A stretch of 64,000 bases of DNA, from the NCBI RefSeq assembly GCF_011386835.1, contig NC_088800.1, positions 38,750,001-38,814,000 of the forward strand. The letters run 5' to 3'. Position numbers and translations under genes: made by a program. Origin of the DNA: Chrysemys picta bellii. Lineage: Eukaryota. Positions 56,691-64,000 of this stretch are shown one piece after another (the first letter of the stretch is position 1; each line of letters begins with the position of its first letter). The notes under the pieces were generated by a model, which saw only the letters and a program-made list of their open reading frames with translations, was not told the origin of the DNA and searched no databases.

Positions 56691-59600
56691 GTGTTTAGGA
56701 AACTCCCTACGCTGTTTCAGCCAATTAATGGCTAACAGACTTTGATGTTGATGGGAACTATCAGCCATGTAGCGTGGGATACTGATAATGGATTCCAGAG
56801 GGAATTTTTGTATATTACGAATCTTGTGCTATGAGTGGGAAGCATTAAGTCCAACTGATTTGCTGATGAAATAGTTTAAATCACAGTCTTAAAGATTTAT
56901 TAGCTTTAGTCTTCGCCGTGTGCTCTTACCGGACAGTGCAACTGAGCAAATATGACTCCATGCTGTTTGGAAAGCTGTCTCAGGGTGAGAAATGCTCCTT
57001 ACTGCATAGACAACACAAATGGCCAGGACAAGAATAGCAAGGGAGTGATGCACAGCAGATCTGCAGAGCCCTGGTAAAGTGGAAATGGAGTCCCACAACT
57101 GAAACATCTCAGGAATGATGTGTTTTGGCAGATCCCTGAGGAATCCAGGACTGGAATCTCAAGGACGTCTTGCCGTGAAATAGCAGTTGTGTGCTGCCTG
57201 GGAAGCACTGTCAATCAAAATGCCTCTGAATGCACTGTGTGCTCATGTGAGCATTAGTAAATTAGGACTTGCATGGGCAGATGGATCAAAGAACATCAGC
57301 AAAAAAAACCCAACTCAGACTGTTTAGCAGAGTGCTGTGTTCCTGGAAGCAGCCTCTCTCATAATGCTCCTTGGCCCACACATCCTCAAAGGAATCCTAA
57401 ATCCCTTTGAGGATCTGGGCCTGAAATTTTCCAGAGTAAGTGAGCCCAGAGCTCAGTGCCTGCAAGCCAAAGCAGCCCAGGCCCAGCACTCCACCCACCT
57501 CCCTGCCTGCCAGACAATAGAGCTTCCTTTAACAGCAGGATTTCTCCTTTGTGTGCATCTCTCTCACACCTTCCCGAGCAAATAGGATGTTCCTTGGTGT
57601 ATGAGACAGATAACGGAACCAAAACAGCCATTGTAGCGGGTCCAGTGTTGCAGCTGGGTGTGGAGAAGTGCCCCACCTATCACCTCTTCCTGTTGGGTGG
57701 TGAGATACCCCATGTTCTCCATTGGATGGGAGACAGTTTGACATCACTGTTGGTTGGTCTGATCCTAGCCCCCCATGCCGCATACTTGATCCATCCTCTC
57801 TGGGCTCAGGCATTATCCTGGTGCTCATTTCTTGAGGGCACAGCTGTGCCCCATCCATCTCCTGATGTGTGGAGATCAAACTCAGGGCTCTCATTCAGTA
57901 GTAAAGACAAGGGCTCGAACCCTTGAAAGTATCTGGACACCTACCTCCCAGCTAAATGCCTAAATACCTTTGAGGATCTGGGCCCACAGCAGGATCTGGG
58001 CCTGCTTCTCCCTGTCTGGCACCTTGTCAGAACAGGAGCATTTTGCAGCCACTTGGCACAGGCATAAATGACTACACAAGGGGACAGTCAGGCCCTGATT
58101 CTTGGCGCCTGAGTCTAATCCTGAGATTCCCCTGTGTGCAGCATAAAGAGTTTTTAAAGGGGAAGGCAATGACCCCCTGACAATACCTCCCATGGAGGGG
58201 GCATCCCTGGCTGCTACAGAGCTGGGGTAATGGCTGTACACTAGCCCTGCTCCCGGCCCTGACTACAGGGGGTCATCCTGGCGGCAGGAAAGGGTGAGCC
58301 CAAGGTAGGGAGGGGGGTACCCTACTGTGGCTATTTTTCTGCTTGCTGGGGTCCCAGGAAATAGAGCGTAACTTAGCACAGGCTGCTCAAACTTTCACCA
58401 GGGCCAGGCCAGCCCCCAAATACACAGCTGTGGCTGAAAGCCAACTTTGCCTTCCCCTCTGTTTCTGGCCCAAGTAGAGCTGCGAATCAGCCCCTTGGCC
58501 TCTTGTGTAGTAATGACAAGCGCCCACTGCCCCTGCAGAAGTGAGGTGCTGCCAAAGTACAGACAAGGGGCACCCATGAACCTTTTCTCCATTAGCCTGG
58601 ACTTCCTCCTGACCCTCTGTGCTGGGGCGGGGGGGGGGGTGCATTGGCATTGAATAAAGGGAGGTATTGGGAATCTATTACGTTGTTTTCCCACTTTGGT
58701 AGACCCGTAACCACATTGCAAACAAACATCTACCCAGTGCCCACTGTTACTGGAAACATTTGCTCCTGAAAACTCTCCTGAGCAGGTTGATTAAACAATG
58801 TGCTGCTCAGACCTGTGCCATTGGAAACGGAGTGATGGGGGTAAGTGAAGGCCTCAGAGTGGGGAACCAGGGTGCACCGGTCCCAGGAAATGTTCCAAGT
58901 ATACCTGAGAGTGACTAGAACCTGGTGCATTCCAACGGCAGAACACTTGCTCTGCAGAAGTATTTTGATGAACCTTGTGGATTACGTTCCTGTCTGGCAA
59001 GGGTGATTTAAGAGAATCCAGAGGGGGACGACTTCACCAGAGGCAGGGAACTCCCCGACCTCTCTTCACCTCAGTGGCAGAACTTCAACATAGATCTTCT
59101 GCAAGCCGTCTCTAGCATACAGTTGTCCTACAAGCTTAAGGAGTCAGGAGCCAGACCCAGCAGCTGAGGCTATGTCTCCTGTGTGATAATAAGGTGTGCT
59201 CCCAGTTCCAGCTGGCCAGAGATCATCAAATGCAGGTGTCTTGTGGCATACAGTAGAACACACATTCCCTGCCCCTGCTGAGCCATGGAGCAAGGGACCA
59301 GGGCTAGGAATGAAATCCAGGTCCCTCCTGGGACAATGTAAAGCTCAGTTAGTTTAATTAATAGCTTTCAATAAATTATTTGCTTTTCACTAATAACCCT
59401 GTTGACCAGCAAGAGAATGTGGGCTTCAGGAGCTGCTAGAGACAGGGCGTGTGACAGATGTATAGGTAAGTTAAAGCTTCCAGCGCAGCAATCTGTGGCC
59501 TGGAGATGGGGGCCACCAGTCACTTGGTTTTGAGGCAGATCTCTAGTACTACTGCACTGACCCAGGGTTGGTCTGGCTGTGGAGGGTGAATTGCTATTTG

Positions 59601-60724
59601 CTGGTTGCCAATTGCTGCAGAAAGGTTTTTCCAGGGGTCATGTATTATTTTACACACAAAGCATCCATTTGCATCTCCCCAGGGCTTGGTGGGCTCTTCT
59701 AGAATGTTAAAATGCTCCAAATAAACCTCAGTCAAGGGTCAGAAGTGGATTGACTTGGAGGCCCCAGAGCCTCTCCCCCTCCTTTTCTCTGCCCTCCTTA
59801 TTTCCCCCAACTGCCCTCCCCCCCACACACACTTCAGTTCAACAGCTGGTGCCCCATGTTAGGGCCTGATTTTGAAATAGGTTTGGCAGGCAAAAGTGCA
59901 CACAGAATCCAGGCCTAATTTGCATCCTTATTGATTCCAATTTCATATGCAAATTGGGTAATTTCCCATGCAGAGGCCCATAACTAGCCCCTTATATCTG
60001 CAGCCGACCCCCTTCCCCAGTCACTGTAAATGCAGGCAGGTGACTGCACATACATGTTTCATGCATGTTCACAACTAGCACAGTTCTTCAGTATTGGCAG
60101 AAGCTGTTTCCAATCAGCACAGAAAACTCTGGGTCGACATCCCTCCCTGACCGTGCTAACAGCTTTTATCCCTCCGGGTGTAATTCTGCTCCCAGTGCAG
60201 TCAACGGGAATATTGCCAGTGACTTCATAGGACTAGCAGTTGGTTCTCATAGCCGTTCAGCTACATCTGTGTTTGTTATGGACGGCAGCACCAACAGAAG
60301 CTCCTTGCTTTGTGGAGGCCCCTTTGGCCTCCTGGACTCTGCCTTTTGGCTGCTGGGCGGCTGTCACTCACACAGCTCTTGGCACTGGCTTTGAAGAGGG
60401 CTCTGATGTATGTTCAGAGAGGTCATTATTCTTTGGACAGGGCTACTACAGGTTAGACTCCAAGGGAAATGCACTAGCGAGGCTGAGAGCGAAATCTGAC
60501 CCAATGGGCACACTCCAGCCCCTAGTGGACATGCACTGGTGCCAATCAATTTACCTGGGGGAAGAGCCATTCCTAGTTTTATTCACATTCTTGTTATTAA
60601 TGACTATTAAATAGCACCAGGATATACCTGGGGCTCTGTAAGCCTCAGAACAAGAGACAATATCTGTCTTGAAGCCAGATCCTCAGCTGGTGTCAATGGG
60701 CCGTTGACTTTAATAGAGCTATGT

Positions 60725-61607
60725 TGTCAAGGCTGTATCCCCACTTTGAACTTTAGAGTACAAATGTAGGGGCCTGCATGAAAACTTCTAAGCTTAACTA
60801 CCAGCTTAGCTCTGGTCCGCTGCCACCATCCCAATGGATTCCCTCCCTGGGAAGCCTTGAGAGACCTTCACCAATTCCCTGGTGAATACAGATCCAAACC
60901 CCTTGGATCTTAAAACAAGGAGAAATTAACCATTCCCCTTCTTCCTCCCACCAACTCCGGGTGAATACAGTTCCAACCGCCCTGGGATCTAAAACAAGGA
61001 GAAATTAACCATTCCCCCTCCTTCCTCCCACCAATTCCTGGTGAATACAGATCCAACCCCCTTGGATCTAAAACAAGGAAAAATCAATCAGGTTCTTAAA
61101 AAAAAGGTTTTTAATTAAAGAAAAAGGTAAAAATCATTTCTGTAAAATCAGTATGGAAAATAACTTTACAGGGTAATCAAACTTAAAGAGCTCAGAGAAC
61201 TCCCCTCTAGTCTTAGGTTCAAAGTACAGCAAACAAAAATAAACACTCTAGTAAAAGGTACATTTACAAGTTAAAAAAACAAAGTAAAACTAAAACGCCT
61301 TGCCTGGCTATTTACTTACAAGTTTAAAATAGGTGAGACTTGTTTAAAAAAATGTGAAAAACCTGAATTAATGTCTGGTCCCTCTCAGTCCCCAGAGCAA
61401 ACAAAGAGCACAAACAAAAGCCTTCCCCCCCCCCAAGATTTGAAAGTATCTTGTCCCCTTATTGGTCCTTTAGGTCAGATGCCAGCCAGGTTACCTGAGC
61501 TTCTTAACCCTTTACAGGGCAAAGGATTTTGGAGTCTCTGACCAGGAGGGATTTTATAGTACTGTACACAGGACAGCTGTTACACCCTTCCCTTTATAGT
61601 TATGACA
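60725..61607. mobile_element. Solo LTR with internal ~80-bp tandem repeat (about 2.7 copies, 60871-61085)
   Basis: TGTCA...TGACA termini; 5-bp TSD TATGT (60720-60724, 61608-61612). Confidence 0.85.
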
Positions 61608-62384
61608 TATGTCCATTGACATGAACCCAGGATTTGGTCCATTGTCACGGTCTGTCACCTGGCTTCGCTCTCTCCTCTCTCTTTTCCAATCTGCCCAACA
61701 AGTTTTGTCCTGTTGGGGCTCATTCCAGTCTGTGATCCACTGCTCTCACCTGTTCTGGACGAGTGGGGATGGCCCAGAGCTTGCAGCTCAAACTGCCCTT
61801 CAATCCATCCATGAAGTGTTTGTTTGGGTTCTCTTGCTGTCATGCTGGAAAATCCACTGCAGAGCTTTACAGGAAGAGACTGGAATTGATGTGCTGATAA
61901 CAAGAAGCAGTGAACTGAGTCACAAAATCAAACCCCATCTGTAACACCCGTGATAAAATAAAAATGTTACAGGGCCCAGATCTAGGGGCCACTGTAACCA
62001 ATTAAAAGACACCCATTGACTTCTATGGGCCTGGGATCCAGCTCTTAGAGAGGGATCTGATACGGGGTGAACTTCCCAATACGTCTGTTGTATTAATTTA
62101 GATGGAATACATGGGCCAAAGGTGTTAACACAACGCAGTCACTGTACAATCTGAAACAGCATTAAACAAGGTCTAGGGGTTGGTATCCAGAGACCTTCTA
62201 ATCCCATGGCAAACACACCATTAAAAATCCTTTGAACCTTTTATGAAAGATACAGAAAAGAAGGGAAAACAGTCAAAGCATCTGAAATGTAAAGGATTAA
62301 GTGATGCTTTCATTTGTCCCCTTGTTCCCTTTCCCTGGAGAGAGTTTTTAGAAGGAAAGCCTCTCTCCCAGAGGGGAGGGTCCC

Positions 62385-62510
62385 AGAGCCTGGATTCCAA
62401 CCCAAGTCCGAATGTCTACACCGCAATTAAACAGCCCCGAAGCCCAAGGCCCGTGAGCCAGAGTCAGCTGACATGGGCCAGACATAGGTGTTTAATTGCA
62501 GCATAGACAT
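62385..62510. repeat. Harbinger-type MITE remnant
   Basis: ATGTCTACACCGCAATTAAACA...TGTTTAATTGCAGCATAGACAT inverted arrangement. Confidence 0.5.
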
Positions 62511-64000
62511 TTACTTTACAGCAGTCATGAGGCCGCTCTAAAATACACCATGGCCAGGGTTGGCATAGAACTGGCCCTAGGATCAGAGAGCTGCAAGTGG
62601 CTACTAGGCACAGCTGAGAAGTTAGCCCTGGGACTCCTTAATCCTAGTCCAGTGTTCATGGGACTGTAGCATCTCCTTGGCAAAGTTCTTGAGATGACCA
62701 TCAAAATTAATATAGGAGGCTATCAATAGGTCACTGTGAATTGAAATTCCATGGAAAATCCATAAATCCAAAGACAGGTGATATCCACAGAATATTTACA
62801 ATGTGTTTGGTGGATCCTACCTCATTTGAGGTTCCCTGCGGATCCCTTTGGGAGTGGAAGATATCTCCACCTTACATCGTTTGCTTCCTCTTTAAGATCC
62901 TTTGCTAATACTAAGTATTATTGGTATTGCAGTCGTGCCTCGAAGCCGTAGTCGTGGAGTAGGACACCATTGTGTTAAGTGCTGTAAACAATGACATTGT
63001 TTCCTTTCCGATAGTTAGACTAATATATTTATGAAATAAGCAAAATCTGACTCCTCCTGGATAGCTGCAGGTGCATCTGCTCATATGCTCACACTCTGCA
63101 CACTGTGCTGGTGATACAATCCCTGGCACAGAAGTTGTCAAAGCAGGGCAGGGCTGGGAAATTTACTCTCACAGGTATCTGGCTGATCGCACATTCATCG
63201 CATTGCCTGCCTGCATTGCCCCTTCTATTTAAGTCCCTATTAACCTGGAACATCCATCAGTTGGTTTTAAGAGGAAGGCGGCTTTCCAAAAGCAATAGGA
63301 TTCATATTCAAATATAAGCACAAGAAGGGACTGGAACAGGTAAGCCTCGGCTTTCAGCTTCTGTGGGGCTTTCCAAACAGGATAGAAATGATGCACCTGT
63401 ATATATACTTTTATTAACAGCTCCCCTCCCGACAGTGTGCTTAGAAGTAGGCCAATTTACACAAGCTGAGGATCTGTGCCCCAATCTTTAAATTAAGACA
63501 TCTTGTATTCATTGATATCAAAGAAGCGATAACCAGACAATATTCCGTTTAGACCATGTGAAATTGTTATTAAACTGTTCTCTGTCTAACAGGTCTTCTA
63601 AGAATTGAAACTTCTGAAGAAAATTCAGCTCTGACCACTACAATAGGTAATGGTTTGACAGCTGCTTTCTTCATGTTGGGATGATAAGACTTCCAGTTCA
63701 AGCCTGACCTACCCAGCCTAACCATTCTTCCCTGGTGGGCTAGCTTCCTCCTAAATCCTCCCCTGAAGAGACCCACCTCCTAGACTAGGGAGACCAGACA
63801 CTCCAGCTTCTGATGGTGAGAGTGGGAGGAACTGACCTCACTCCTGAACCCGAGGAACTGTCCTACTCAGCTCTGATCAGGGGGGAGAGCTCCCTTCATT
63901 GCAGACCTTGGGGGCAGGATGAGCTTTTCAGACCAAGAGAAGGAAGAGTTGGACATGGAAGTGAGGAGGCTACATTAGTTTCCCAAACCCCATGGCACGT

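Noticed and set aside
56896-57250. Minus-strand AATAAA with an upstream hydrophobic ORF, suggesting the 3' end of another gene
   Set aside because: No recognisable domain or consistent exon chain; the motif alone is too common.
58880-59735. Peptide VYLEHF encoded twice on the minus strand with synonymous differences
   Set aside because: Similarity does not extend beyond six codons, and a few such matches are expected by chance in 64 kb.
60871-61085. Regularly spaced repeats resembling a CRISPR array
   Set aside because: Tandem ~80-bp units without unique spacers, inside an LTR of a eukaryotic genome.

Overview
Vertebrate genomic DNA, most likely a turtle (inferred from tortoise-type tRNA/CR1-tail SINEs, CR1, Penelope and Gmr1-like Gypsy content). 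The window holds a head-to-tail tandem array of ZP3 (zona pellucida / egg-coat glycoprotein 3, chicken ZPC-like) genes, all on the minus strand. Four are complete 9-exon copies with intact frames and GT-AG splice sites (called B 8446-11624, C 15987-19144, D 26259-32830, E 52676-56507); exon 1 of a fifth (A, 46-459) runs off the left edge. The paralogs are mosaics: spacers fall into two homology classes, the last (transmembrane) exon into two classes, and the ZP-module core is patchily homogenised. Spacers and introns carry many transposable elements: Tx1, CR1, Penelope (GIY-YIG, candidate hammerhead motifs, fold-back palindromes), hAT/Harbinger/pogo MITEs, solo LTRs, and a near-full-length Gmr1-type Gypsy element whose two LTRs both switch into Penelope sequence at the same base. 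No gene could be identified in 57-64 kb. All coordinates and translations were read by hand; no database searches were run.
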